DNA of 64,000 nt from Gammaproteobacteria bacterium (GCA_965277715.1 OZ255836.1:2240001-2304000); one strand, 5' to 3'. Positions 39,848-51,573 are shown, counted from the stretch's first letter. Numbers and translations: made by a program. The notes: generated by a model not told the origin, from the letters alone.

Positions 39848-40942
39848 ATGAAAAGACGTGACCTTCTTAAGAAAGGCGCATTGGGCCTGGGTGCCGTTGC
39901 CGCATCCACCACCATAGCCGCTCCTGCACTCGCGGCGGGCGCCAAAGAAATCGTAATGGTCTCCACCTGGCCACGTGACTTTCCTGGGCTGGGTACAGGC
40001 GCACAGCGCTTTGCCAAACGCCTCGAAGACATGAGCGATGGTAAATTCAAAGTCACTTACTTCGCCGGTGGCGAGCGCGTTAAACCGTTCGACTCCTTCG
40101 ACGAAGTGGCCTCAGGCAACGCACAGATGTACCACGCCGCCGAGTACTACTGGAAAGGCAAGCACCCAGGCTGGGCGTATTTCACCGCCGTACCGTTTGG
40201 CTTTACCTACACCGAAATGAACGCCTGGATTCGCTTCGGCGGCGGTCAGAGATTGTGGGACGAGCTGGCCAGTGACTTTGGTCTGAAAGGGCTGATGTGC
40301 GGTAATACCGGCGTGCAAATGGGCGGCTGGTTCCGCAAGGAAATGAACAGTGCAGACGATTTTAAAGGCTTAAAAATGCGTATGCCCGGCCTGGGTGGTG
40401 ACGTATTGGCTAAAATGGGCGCCTCACCTGTCTCCCTGCCCGGCTCACAAATCTATGAAAACCTGGTATCCGGTGCTATCGATGCAACCGAATGGGTAGG
40501 CCCCTGGAATGACAGCTTTATGAAATTCTACGAAGCCGCCAAATACTACTACTACCCAGGTATGCACGAGCCTGCCGCGATGCTGGCGTGTGGCATGAAT
40601 AAAAAGTGGTGGGACAGCCTAACCCCTTCCGAGCAGCTAATTGTCGAAGCCGCTGCATCGATGGAAAACGATGTAATGATGGCCGAGTACAATGCCAAAA
40701 ACGGTGCATCACTGGCCAGTTTGATTAACGACCAGGGCGTCAAGTTGAGAAAATTCAACGACGACATCTACGATGCATTTGCCGAGGCCGCTGAAGAAGT
40801 CTATGAGGGTGTAGTCGAGCACGGCCCGCTGGCCAGACGTATCCACGAGAGCTTTCTCGACTCCCGCCAAACGCTGGGTGCCTGGGCGAAGATCTCAGAT
40901 CAGGCTTACGTCGAACAGCGCAACCGTGCGTTGGGTGTTTAA
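39848..40942 (+). CDS. dctP: TRAP transporter substrate-binding protein (TakP-like, Tat signal)
   Basis: KRRDLLK twin-arginine, YYWKGK, GNTGVQMGGWF, KMRMPGLGG, DATEWVGP. Confidence 0.92.
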   Translation: MKRRDLLKKGALGLGAVAASTTIAAPALAAGAKEIVMVSTWPRDFPGLGTGAQRFAKRLEDMSDGKFKVTYFAGGERVKPFDSFDEVASGNAQMYHAAEYYWKGKHPGWAYFTAVPFGFTYTEMNAWIRFGGGQRLWDELASDFGLKGLMCGNTGVQMGGWFRKEMNSADDFKGLKMRMPGLGGDVLAKMGASPVSLPGSQIYENLVSGAIDATEWVGPWNDSFMKFYEAAKYYYYPGMHEPAAMLACGMNKKWWDSLTPSEQLIVEAAASMENDVMMAEYNAKNGASLASLINDQGVKLRKFNDDIYDAFAEAAEEVYEGVVEHGPLARRIHESFLDSRQTLGAWAKISDQAYVEQRNRALGV

Positions 40943-40976
40943 GCCGGGGGTATAACCCCTCTTGGTAAGTACTACA

Positions 40977-41008
40977 AAGCGGAGCCTTCAGGCTCCGCTT
41001 TTATTTTA
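40977..41008 (+). terminator. Hairpin/terminator between dctP and dctQ
   Basis: aaagcggagcc-ttca-ggctccgctttt-atttt. Confidence 0.8.
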
Positions 41009-41093
41009 ATAATACGGTTCCCGGCCAACTTAGACGATAATAAACCGGGCAAGGCTACGTAAACCTAATACCCGTCACCCTTTGGAGGAGCGT

Positions 41094-42134
41094 GTGAACA
41101 ACGATAAAACCCGCGCAATTGTGCGCGCTTTTTGTCTGGCAATGGTGTCGATCACTTTGCTGTTCCTGTTTAACAATGTCCTTATTTTCTGGTTCGACTG
41201 GCCCGGTATGTTCGCACTGTTCGGCCAGTTTGGGCTGCCTGGGTTTGCCGCCCCGGATGACGCCATTCAGGGCAGTGGTTTTTTATTGGCCGGGTTACAA
41301 ACCCTGAGCTATGCCCTGGCCATCGCGCTGCCAATTGTATTCGCCTTAAAAAACCCGGACCGTGCACTGCGCATTGATGCTGCCCTACTTGGCGAAGTCG
41401 CCGCGTTTATTATCCGCACCGCCTTTTGGGCCGTGGTACTGATCGGCCTGGTGGACACTATCATCTCCTTTCTGCGCGTGGAAAATTACCTTTCACTGTT
41501 TGTCGGCGAACAAACCACCAAAGACCTTGGGCGCGCCGTATTTCGTGGTAGCTGGGTGCACTATCCGCTGTTACTCCTGGCCTTAGTGATTGCCGCGTTT
41601 GTGCGCTCGCTGGGGTTTATCTGGCTGGGTCTGTTAGTGGTATTCGCCGAATTTTCCATTGTCATTACGCGCTTTGTGTTTTCCTACGAGCAGGCGTTTA
41701 TGGGTGATCTGGTGCGTTTCTGGTACGCCGCGATGTTTCTGTTTGCCAGTGCCTACGCGCTGGTTCACGAGGGCCATGTGCGCGTCGATGTGCTGTATGC
41801 ACGCTTTAGCAAACAGCGCAAAGCGGTGGTCAATTTACTCGGCTCGTTAACCCTTGGTATCCCGCTGTGCTGGATTATTCTCACCATGGGCATGTGGAGC
41901 AAAACCGCCAGCCTAAATAGCCCAATGATCAGCTTTGAGATTTCACAGAGCGGCTATGGTCTGTACGTGAAATACCTGATGGCGGGATTTATGATTGTAT
42001 TCGCCATCTCCATGATCGCGCAATTTTGCAGCTATATCCTCAGCAGCGTGGCAGACATTAACGATGAACCCGTTAACGATAAGCCAATGAACGATAGACC
42101 AGGCGATAGCGACGCCGTGGCCACCGCCCACTAA
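41094..42134 (+). CDS. dctQ: TRAP transporter small permease subunit, N-terminally extended
   Basis: HVRVDVLY motif in the C-terminal part; about 345 aa with extra TM helices. Confidence 0.85.
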   Translation: MNNDKTRAIVRAFCLAMVSITLLFLFNNVLIFWFDWPGMFALFGQFGLPGFAAPDDAIQGSGFLLAGLQTLSYALAIALPIVFALKNPDRALRIDAALLGEVAAFIIRTAFWAVVLIGLVDTIISFLRVENYLSLFVGEQTTKDLGRAVFRGSWVHYPLLLLALVIAAFVRSLGFIWLGLLVVFAEFSIVITRFVFSYEQAFMGDLVRFWYAAMFLFASAYALVHEGHVRVDVLYARFSKQRKAVVNLLGSLTLGIPLCWIILTMGMWSKTASLNSPMISFEISQSGYGLYVKYLMAGFMIVFAISMIAQFCSYILSSVADINDEPVNDKPMNDRPGDSDAVATAH

Positions 42135-42164
42135 CCGCCAGCAGAACACTAAAAGGCCCACCCG

Positions 42165-44819
42165 ATGGAATTATTCTTTCTCGCCATTCTCGTACTGTTG
42201 ATGGTCATCGCCCTCACCTCCGGCTTTCCCGTCGCCTTCGCCCTGCCCGGCTCGGCCATTTTGTCGATTGCCATCGCCGCCCTGTGTGGCCTGGTCTTTG
42301 CCGGTGACCCGGATGCCTACTTTGCCCAGGGCAGCGCCCTGCAGTGGCTCAGCGCTGGGGTGACTAACTTTCGCAGTTTGTACTGGGATGTCGAGCGCGA
42401 CACGCTGATTGCCATTCCGCTGTTTATTTTTATGGGCATCATGCTACAACGCTCAAAGATTGCCGAGGATCTGTTGGTGGCAATGGCCCAGCTATTCGGC
42501 CCGGTGCCCGGCGGTTTGGGCATCTCGGTGGTACTCGTCGGCGCCCTGTTGGCCGCCACCACCGGTATCGTCGGGGCCACAGTAATCGCGATGGGCCTGA
42601 TTTCACTGCCCGCGATGCTACGCAATAACTACTCCAAATCCCTGGCCACAGGGACAATTTGCGCCTCTGGCACACTGGGGCAAATCATCCCGCCATCAAT
42701 TGTATTGATCATCCTCGCCGACCAACTGGCCAGCGCCGCCGACCAAGCCAGCACCGCACGCAAGGCCGAATACAAGGCGGCCACTGGCGAGTTTTCCATG
42801 CCATCGGTGTTTGACATCACCTCAGCCAGCGCCGGGGATATGTTTATGGGGGCATTTATACCCGGCATGGTACTGGTGACAATCTACGCGCTGTACATTT
42901 TTATCCGCGCATTAATCCGCCCACAAGACGCCCCGCCCGTGCCCTATGATGGCCAATATGACCGCCAGTTTGTCTTTAAGATACTGCAGGTTTTAGTGCC
43001 GCCACTGGCACTGATATTCGTCGTACTCGGCTCGATTATTTTGGGCGTCGCCACAGTCAACCAGGCGGGCTCCATCGGCGCTATCGGCGCGATGATTATG
43101 GGCGGCTACCGCCTTACCGAGGGCAAACGCCACTGCTTTACACCCGCCTATATGGCCGTGGTATCCATCGTCGCGTTGATCATCATCCTGTCATTTTTTG
43201 ACATCAACGTAAAAAACATCCAAACCAGCCACGACATACTGGGCGTCATACTCGCCAGCCTGGCCGTCACCGTACTGTTTGTATCGATCGGCTGGAGCAC
43301 CTGGCGTGCCTATAAAATCGACAATACCCTCGTCGATGTCATGATCGATACCGCCAAGACCACCTCAATGGTTTTTATCATCCTGATCGGTGCGGCAATG
43401 CTAACCTCGGCGTTTCGCGGTTTTGGCGGTGAGGAACTGGTAAAACACTACCTGACTAGCCTGCCGGGTGGATTTTGGACACAGTTTATCGTCGTCATGG
43501 CCGTTATCTTCCTGCTCGGCTTCTTTCTCGACTTTATCGAAATCGCGGTAGTTGTTGTGCCGATTGTTGCGCCTATTTTACTGGCTGACCCAAGCGCCAA
43601 TATCACCGCCGTCTGGCTCGGGGTAATGATCGGCCTGAACATACAAACCTCTTTTCTCACCCCTCCCTTTGGGTTTGCACTGTTCTATCTGCGTGGGGTC
43701 GCGCCCCCGTCGGTCAAAACCACCGATATTTACAAGGGCGCCAGCGCGTTTATTATTTTGCAACTGCTCGGGCTGGCCGTGGCGGGCAACTGGCCAAGCC
43801 TGGTCAACTACCTGCCATACCGTACCTACCTGACCTCTGAAACGGCACCGCCACCCGTCAATCCCCGGTTACAACTCTGCCTCGAACAGCACGTCTTTAC
43901 CTACTACGACGAAAACCAAAGCCGCCTGCTCAAAGGCATCGACCAGTTCGCCGCTGCCGATATCAGCTACCTACCTCAAAAATTGCAGAACACACTGACA
44001 GAAAGCACTGATAAGGCGCGGGCAACCTTCGATCTTGTCACCGACATTCGCACTGCTACCGCCGCGCTGGACGACTATATCGTCGACTACCGGCCACAGC
44101 ACCAGGATGTACGCCGTCTGCGCCGGATACTGTCTGGTCAGCAGCACGCCCTTGAAGAACTAAACGAAAAACGCGAACAGCTCGACGCGGACGATACCAA
44201 AGGCCAGGCGTCTATCGACCAACAAATCGCCGACATCCAGGCACAACAGCAAGCGATTACTGCGCAAATTCCCGCTGACTGGGAAACGCAGAACAAACGC
44301 TACTCAACGCTCTACAAAGCACAGCAAAAAGCCAAAAGTGCCTACCGCCGCAATGTCGATGAAGCCTACGAAGTGATTATTGAAACCCGTGACACGCTGG
44401 CGTCGACCGATCAGCTCATCGCCTTCGAACCGCGCTTCGCCGATATTGAAACCGCCATTCAAAACCCCGATAACAAAGCGGCAATGGCTGACCTCAAAGC
44501 GATTAATAGCGAGTTGAGTGCCATTAAAGGTGCTTCAGCGATAAAGTCAAAACTATCCAAAGCGCGGCGCGCATTAAAAGGCAAGTCACCCAAACGTGAC
44601 AAGGCGATGCGCCTATTGGCAGAGGCCCAGGAACTGTTTCATGAAGATATATTGTGGCGGCAACGGGCGCAGAAAACACTCGCCACCGCACTGAATGAAT
44701 ACGACCAACTGCTTAGTAATTCGATTGGCCTGCGCCTGCAACAGCGGTTCACCACCGATCAGGCCCATGCGATTGCCAGTTGTCAGTCGGTGCACCGGGA
44801 TATTTCGTTGAATTTTTAG
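42165..44819 (+). CDS. dctM: TRAP transporter large permease with a long soluble C-terminal extension
   Basis: AIPLFIFMG, GTLGQIIPPS, GFFLDFIEI, TSFLTPPFGFALFYL; about 330-aa helical tail. Confidence 0.9.
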   Translation: MELFFLAILVLLMVIALTSGFPVAFALPGSAILSIAIAALCGLVFAGDPDAYFAQGSALQWLSAGVTNFRSLYWDVERDTLIAIPLFIFMGIMLQRSKIAEDLLVAMAQLFGPVPGGLGISVVLVGALLAATTGIVGATVIAMGLISLPAMLRNNYSKSLATGTICASGTLGQIIPPSIVLIILADQLASAADQASTARKAEYKAATGEFSMPSVFDITSASAGDMFMGAFIPGMVLVTIYALYIFIRALIRPQDAPPVPYDGQYDRQFVFKILQVLVPPLALIFVVLGSIILGVATVNQAGSIGAIGAMIMGGYRLTEGKRHCFTPAYMAVVSIVALIIILSFFDINVKNIQTSHDILGVILASLAVTVLFVSIGWSTWRAYKIDNTLVDVMIDTAKTTSMVFIILIGAAMLTSAFRGFGGEELVKHYLTSLPGGFWTQFIVVMAVIFLLGFFLDFIEIAVVVVPIVAPILLADPSANITAVWLGVMIGLNIQTSFLTPPFGFALFYLRGVAPPSVKTTDIYKGASAFIILQLLGLAVAGNWPSLVNYLPYRTYLTSETAPPPVNPRLQLCLEQHVFTYYDENQSRLLKGIDQFAAADISYLPQKLQNTLTESTDKARATFDLVTDIRTATAALDDYIVDYRPQHQDVRRLRRILSGQQHALEELNEKREQLDADDTKGQASIDQQIADIQAQQQAITAQIPADWETQNKRYSTLYKAQQKAKSAYRRNVDEAYEVIIETRDTLASTDQLIAFEPRFADIETAIQNPDNKAAMADLKAINSELSAIKGASAIKSKLSKARRALKGKSPKRDKAMRLLAEAQELFHEDILWRQRAQKTLATALNEYDQLLSNSIGLRLQQRFTTDQAHAIASCQSVHRDISLNF

Positions 44820-44868
44820 TTGGAAAATTTAAAAGATGCGTTCAGGTTTCAAATTTAACACCGGTATT

Positions 44869-45107
44869 CTAGACGCCATGTATTAAATGGCTGAGCTACT
44901 GCAAATGGATAAGCGCGAGCTGCGTACCATCTTGGCAAGCATGCATCTTTCGACAATTGATTCGGATTTAGAAGATGTGTGGGCAACTTTTGCCTGAATC
45001 GTCTCGGGCTACCGCTACTTATTGATGACCGTGCAGGTCGCAAAATGGCTAAACAGCAGCTCATTCAGGAGGCCAGTACACGTTACATGAACGAACTCAA
45101 AGATTAA
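44869..45107 (+). pseudogene. Family B MITE end followed by UPF0175-antitoxin and DUF3368 PIN-toxin remnants
   Basis: ctagacgccatgtattaa, then AELLQMDKRELRTILASMHLSTIDSDLED (44887-44997) and LPLLIDDRAGRKMAKQ. Confidence 0.55.
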
Positions 45108-45258
45108 ATCAGGCCCATCTTATAGTGGAAACCGGAGCACGCATCTTCAGCCTCATCTCATATTGGAGAAGACTATTAATTGCATTAAACTGCCGTGCTA
45201 ACTAAATTGCCGCCCAATCACATAAACCAATTTCGCATCAACCAATCGGGAGTTATTA

Positions 45259-46569
45259 ATGCAACGTACAATTGATCAGGTCGCTGTTATCGGCGCGGGC
45301 ACGATGGGGGCGGGTATCGCGGGTATTTGCGCGATGGCCGGTAATTCGGTGGTATTACTCGATATGCACCGTGAGCTGGCTGAAAAAGCCGTGCAACGGT
45401 TACTGGGGGGCCGCAATCCAGCAATCACCGAACAGGCCGCCGGGCGCATTCGCTGTGGCGCCATCGACACAGACCTCGATCAGGTATCCGGGTGTGACTG
45501 GATTTGTGAGGCGATCATTGAGGACCTGGCAACCAAACGCGATTTGTTTACCCGCCTGGAAGCTGTGCGCAAAGCGGGATCGATTGTCACCACCAACACA
45601 TCGGGTATCCCACTGCGTGACATCTACACCGATATGCCCGGTAACCTGGTCCGAGATATCGCCGTCACCCATTTTTTTAACCCGCCACACATTATGCGCC
45701 TGCTGGAACTGGTTCCCGGACAAAATACCGACCCGGAGGTCACTCGCACACTGACAGATTACTGTGGAAAAACACTCAATAAAGGTGTGGTGAATGCCAA
45801 GGATACCGTCAACTTTATCGGCAACCGCATCGGTTGCTTCTGGATGCTGGCTGGCCTGCACAAAGCGCGGTCGGCGATTGTAAACGGGGTCAGTATGGAG
45901 GAAATCGATGCGGTAATGTCAGAACCCATGGGCTTACCTCCCACGGGTATCTACGGCTTAGTCGATTTAATTGGTTTGGATGTAATGGATTTTGTTGGCA
46001 AAAACCTCAAAGCAAACCTGCCCACAGGTGATGCCTGCCTCGACTATGCCGACTTCCCAGAGACCGAACAGGCATTACTCAAAGCGGGCCAGCTAGGGCG
46101 TAAAACCGGTGGTGGTTTTTACAAGCTCACGCGCAATGACGACGGCAGCAAAACGATGGAGGTATACGACCTGCATAACACTCAGTGGCGCCTGGCAGTA
46201 CCGTGCGAGCTGGACGAAGAACACAGCGATTACACTACGCTATTATTTGCCAATTCTGAAACAGGCAAATTTGTCTGGGAGTTGATGAGCGCGGTGTTCT
46301 GTTATGCCGCCGAACTGGTGCCGGAAATTTCTGACGATATTGTCAATATTGATCGCGCTATGCGTTGGGGATTTAACTGGGCACAAGGTCCGTTTGAAAT
46401 GCTGGACGCCATAGGCCCGCAACGATTTATCGATAAACTGAACACCGAGGGACGACCCATACCGAAGATGTTGGCGCTATTGCAATCAGCCGATGCAAAA
46501 ACGTTTTATCGTGGCACCGAGGCGTATTTTGGTACCGACGGAGAGTACCGGGCTATACCTACAGAATAA
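45259..46569 (+). CDS. 3-hydroxyacyl-CoA dehydrogenase family protein
   Basis: VIGAGTMGAGIA, EAIIEDL, NTSGIP, THFFNPP, FIGNRIG, LGRKTGGGFY. Confidence 0.92.
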   Translation: MQRTIDQVAVIGAGTMGAGIAGICAMAGNSVVLLDMHRELAEKAVQRLLGGRNPAITEQAAGRIRCGAIDTDLDQVSGCDWICEAIIEDLATKRDLFTRLEAVRKAGSIVTTNTSGIPLRDIYTDMPGNLVRDIAVTHFFNPPHIMRLLELVPGQNTDPEVTRTLTDYCGKTLNKGVVNAKDTVNFIGNRIGCFWMLAGLHKARSAIVNGVSMEEIDAVMSEPMGLPPTGIYGLVDLIGLDVMDFVGKNLKANLPTGDACLDYADFPETEQALLKAGQLGRKTGGGFYKLTRNDDGSKTMEVYDLHNTQWRLAVPCELDEEHSDYTTLLFANSETGKFVWELMSAVFCYAAELVPEISDDIVNIDRAMRWGFNWAQGPFEMLDAIGPQRFIDKLNTEGRPIPKMLALLQSADAKTFYRGTEAYFGTDGEYRAIPTE

Positions 46570-46577
46570 CCAATCAG

Positions 46578-46666
46578 CCCATTGGGCGCACGCTATGCAC
46601 CCAATGGGTAACCGGACAATTAGGGAACCAGGTAATTAAAGAACCGGGCAATTAGAGAACCGGGCA
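46578..46666. repeat. Hairpin plus 16-bp degenerate tandem repeat (3.5 copies) between convergent genes
   Basis: cccattgggcgca...tgcacccaatggg; aaccRgRYaattaRRg at 46610, 46626, 46642 and a partial copy at 46658. Confidence 0.75.
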
Positions 46667-46681
46667 CCCTCTTACAAATAA

Positions 46682-47800
<1,119 letters not shown>

Positions 47801-47970
47801 TTATAGACATGATTAATAATGTAATGAATTGTAAATGAACGGGTAGAGTACTCCCCTTTACATTATTTTTCGATACCCCGTATAAGTAAAAAAATAATAT
47901 ACACGTTACACGTATAAATGCGCTATAAAGCGCCACCCACTACAGCGCCACTCACTACCTGGAGCTTTAC

Positions 47971-49296
47971 ATGACAACACGTGAAATCATCTACTCGATG
48001 TCCGCTCTACTCGCTTCGGTGGCATTCCTCAATCTCGGTATTGGTGCAATCAACTCCTTTGTCGCGCTGCGCATGGATGCCGAGGGGTTTGCAGATATTT
48101 ATGTGGGGGTTTCCAGCTCGGCCTACTATGTTGGCCTGGTTTCCGGCACTTTGCTGTGTGGCAGGCTGATTAACCGCATTGGCCATATCCGTGCATTTGG
48201 AGTATTTGCCGCCTGTATGGCCATCACCATCAATATGTTTCCTTTATATATTGACCCGGCTCTTTGGGTGGGCTTGCGCTTTATCTGTGGTATCAACCTG
48301 GCGGGGTTGCTGATGGTGGCAGAGAGTTGGCTGAATAAACGCGCCACCAATGATACCCGTGGATCGGTGTTCTCAATTTATATGATGGCTTCATTTATGT
48401 CGGCAGGTTCAGGGCAGTTTATGCTGATCGCTACGGATATTGGCAGCAATAACCTGTTTTCAATCTGCGCTATTATTTTCTGCCTGGCGCTCATTCCGGT
48501 GGCGATTACCCGTGCGACAAACCCGGAGCAAGTCGAGGCCAAGTCCATGACGTTCCGTGAGTTGTACACGATTTCACCCGTGGCGGTTGCCGCAGGTTTT
48601 TGCTCGGGCATTATCTCTGGTGCACTCTACGGTACGGGCACTATTTACGCTGTGGGCCAGGGGTTTGATATCACCAGCACCTCCTTGTTTATGACAGCAC
48701 TCATCCTCGGTGGTCTGGTGCTGCAATATCCCATTGGGCGTTTATCTGACAAATTTGACCGGCGTCTAGTGATTATCGGCACCAGCGCCACACTGATGAT
48801 CATCAGTGTATTTATTATCTGGCTCAGCTCAGCGCCCTGGTGGTCGTTTATGTTCTTTATCGATAACGGCACACGCTGGCCCTTTCTATTTACAACCCTG
48901 ATGATTGGGGGTGTCGCTGCCACGCTATACCCACTCAGCGTGGCCTATGCCAATGATTATATGGAACCTCACCAACTGGTGCCTGCCAGTGGTGGGTTGG
49001 TGCTCACTTACGGGCTTGGTGCCATCACCGGGCCAACACTATCGGCCACTAGTATGAGTACCTTTGGCCCCGCCGGATTGTTCGGTTTCATCGCGTGTAT
49101 AGCCGCGTTGGTGTGTGCATTTACCCTGTACCGCATCACCCAGAGAAGCTGGGCGCCTATCGTTGAAAAGGAAACTTACGTACTGATGCCAGACCCGGTA
49201 AGTATGCCAATAGCCAGCGAAGTCGACCCACGCGCATTGGAAGCTTACGCGCCTGAAGATATAGGCCCACCCCCACTGCAAGAGGGTAATGATTAA
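47971..49296 (+). CDS. MFS transporter (YcaD-like)
   Basis: RIGHIRAF, ESWLN, GRLSDKFDRR; about 12 TM helices. Confidence 0.88.
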   Translation: MTTREIIYSMSALLASVAFLNLGIGAINSFVALRMDAEGFADIYVGVSSSAYYVGLVSGTLLCGRLINRIGHIRAFGVFAACMAITINMFPLYIDPALWVGLRFICGINLAGLLMVAESWLNKRATNDTRGSVFSIYMMASFMSAGSGQFMLIATDIGSNNLFSICAIIFCLALIPVAITRATNPEQVEAKSMTFRELYTISPVAVAAGFCSGIISGALYGTGTIYAVGQGFDITSTSLFMTALILGGLVLQYPIGRLSDKFDRRLVIIGTSATLMIISVFIIWLSSAPWWSFMFFIDNGTRWPFLFTTLMIGGVAATLYPLSVAYANDYMEPHQLVPASGGLVLTYGLGAITGPTLSATSMSTFGPAGLFGFIACIAALVCAFTLYRITQRSWAPIVEKETYVLMPDPVSMPIASEVDPRALEAYAPEDIGPPPLQEGND

Positions 49297-49415
49297 AGGC
49301 GATGACTATTACTATTTATCGAGATATAGAGAGGGTATTGGAAAGCTATTATGTTTTCCGCCACCCCCTAGAGAGAGTATTAAAAGCGCAGTAGTTAAGG
49401 TACGACGTATCGTGC

Positions 49416-50306
49416 TTAATGCGGTGTAATACCACGCAAGCGCTCACTACGACGACGCAGCAATTCGAGCGTGGTCAGCAATGCTATCGAAAACAACACC
49501 AATATAGTCGCAGCCGACAAGATGGTCGGGCTGATTTCCTGACGAATACCAGACCACATTTGCAAAGGCAATGTGTGTTGTTGTGGGCCACCAACAAATA
49601 AGATGATAACGATTTCATCAAACGAGGTAATAAAGGCAAACAATGCGCCAGATATCATTCCGGGGGCAATCAATGGCATTTGAATTTTAAAAAAGTTATA
49701 CGCGGGTGTACCACCCAGGTTTGCACCAGCCCGAATAAGCGACTTATCGAAGCCAACCAAGGTAGACGTCACGGTAATAACGACAAATGGTAATCCGAGT
49801 ATGGTATGCGCAAGCACAATACCCGGCCAGGTAGCCGTCAAGTTAACCTTGGCAAAGAAAAAAGCCATGCCTGATGCGGTGATGATTAGCGGTACGATTA
49901 AAGGCGAGATCATTAACGCCATAATCAGGCGCCGGGCGGGCATATTGTCGCTACTGAGACCTAACGCAGCAAGCGTACCAAGAAACGTAGCGAGTAAGGT
50001 TGACGCTATCGCGATTAACAGGCTGCTTTGCGCACCCGTCATCCATTTATTGGTACACATGGTAGAAATATTGTCTTCGATATCACCACATAAGCCGAAC
50101 AGGCCTTTGTACCAACGCACTGAAAACCCCTCTGGATTCAGAGATAACATTTCCGGCGTAAAACTGAGGAACGGTGTCGAGGTAAACGACAGTGGTATAA
50201 CAACAACCAGCGGTGCGACCAGGAAGAACAACACAAACACACAAAAGGCAATATAGGTGTAATGCCAAAGGCGTTGACCGGGAGTTGTATAAATTGGTAA
50301 GGCCAT
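49416..50306 (-). CDS. Polyamine-type ABC transporter permease (PotC-like)
   Basis: GFSVRWY, SPLIVP, AFITSFDE, TLP. Confidence 0.9.
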   Translation of the reverse strand: MALPIYTTPGQRLWHYTYIAFCVFVLFFLVAPLVVVIPLSFTSTPFLSFTPEMLSLNPEGFSVRWYKGLFGLCGDIEDNISTMCTNKWMTGAQSSLLIAIASTLLATFLGTLAALGLSSDNMPARRLIMALMISPLIVPLIITASGMAFFFAKVNLTATWPGIVLAHTILGLPFVVITVTSTLVGFDKSLIRAGANLGGTPAYNFFKIQMPLIAPGMISGALFAFITSFDEIVIILFVGGPQQHTLPLQMWSGIRQEISPTILSAATILVLFSIALLTTLELLRRRSERLRGITPH

Positions 50307-50310
50307 ATTC

Positions 50311-51573
50311 TTAACCCATCTTCATGTTGTCGATACCGATAATTTTGTCGTATAACCAGTATAGAAATAATATAGCCACCAGCAGAATACTACCCATAGC
50401 GGCAGCCAGGCCCCAGTTCAGCGAGCGTTGCATATGGTAGGCCACCATATTACCAATCAATCGACCATCTTTTCCGCCAACCAGCTCAGGGGTTATGTAG
50501 TAGCCAATGGCAACAATAAAGACCAGGATACAACCCGCACCGATACCCGGTATCGTTTGTGGCATATAAACCCGGATAAAAGCCATTGTGGGTGTCGCAC
50601 CGAGGTTTTGCGCCGCTTTCATATAAGTCGGCGGAATCGTCTTCATAACGCTATAAAGTGGCAGGATCATAAAGGGCAATAAAATTTGCGTCATCACGAT
50701 GACCGTGCCGTTAAAGTTGTACATCATTGACAACCGGTTATCGTCCGCCAGTATGCCCGTTGCTACCAGAGTGTCGTTCACAACACCATTTTGCTGCAAC
50801 ATAATCATCCAGGCGACAATACGCACCAGCAACGATGTCCAAAAGGGCATAAGGACACAGATCATCAATAGATTAGATATGCGCATTGGCAGGGTTGCCA
50901 ATAAATAAGCAACCGGGTAAGACAAAATTAAACAGGCGATAGTGACGATGAAACTAACCATCAACGTGCGATACCAAAGCAGGTTGTACACCTTGCGCTC
51001 TTCAGCGACGTCGATGACATTTTTATCAAAGTCAAAGGTCTTATCCACCGAATTAAGAAAGTAACCCATCGTCGTTTTGTCTTTCATAATACCGATTGAC
51101 AACCAGTATTCTTTCTCGGCCCAGCGCTTATCTATTTTAATCAGCGCGTCTTTGTATTCGGGGCCTTCGAGTTTTTTAATTTTTCTGGCGGTGCGTTTAA
51201 CCAGGCTCTTCCAGCCGGGTTTAGCGTAATTCATTCGGGTGCTGACTTTACCGACATCGATTTTATCAGCGGCTAACACATCTTTGACGAAAGCGGCATA
51301 AAGCGCCTCCGGTGGCTCTGAAGTTTTATCCCAGGCTTCAAATGCGGCAATAGTGCCCGGTAATACCCGATTGATCAGCGAATCATCGACACTGCGCGTA
51401 AGCATATTGCCGATTGGAAAAACAAACAGTAAAAGTAGAAAAAGCAGAGGGCCACTGACGAGAAGCATCGCCCGCATTTTGTTACGACGTAACGATTTTT
51501 GCAGGCTTGCTTTTAACGGAATACCATCTGCGGTGAGAATAGGCCCGCCGGGCGTAGCGATTTGTGTCGACAT
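50311..51573 (-). CDS. Polyamine-type ABC transporter permease (PotB-like)
   Basis: PFWTSLLVR, LPFMILPLY, AAQNLGA, NWGLAAA. Confidence 0.9.
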   Translation of the reverse strand: MSTQIATPGGPILTADGIPLKASLQKSLRRNKMRAMLLVSGPLLFLLLLFVFPIGNMLTRSVDDSLINRVLPGTIAAFEAWDKTSEPPEALYAAFVKDVLAADKIDVGKVSTRMNYAKPGWKSLVKRTARKIKKLEGPEYKDALIKIDKRWAEKEYWLSIGIMKDKTTMGYFLNSVDKTFDFDKNVIDVAEERKVYNLLWYRTLMVSFIVTIACLILSYPVAYLLATLPMRISNLLMICVLMPFWTSLLVRIVAWMIMLQQNGVVNDTLVATGILADDNRLSMMYNFNGTVIVMTQILLPFMILPLYSVMKTIPPTYMKAAQNLGATPTMAFIRVYMPQTIPGIGAGCILVFIVAIGYYITPELVGGKDGRLIGNMVAYHMQRSLNWGLAAAMGSILLVAILFLYWLYDKIIGIDNMKMG

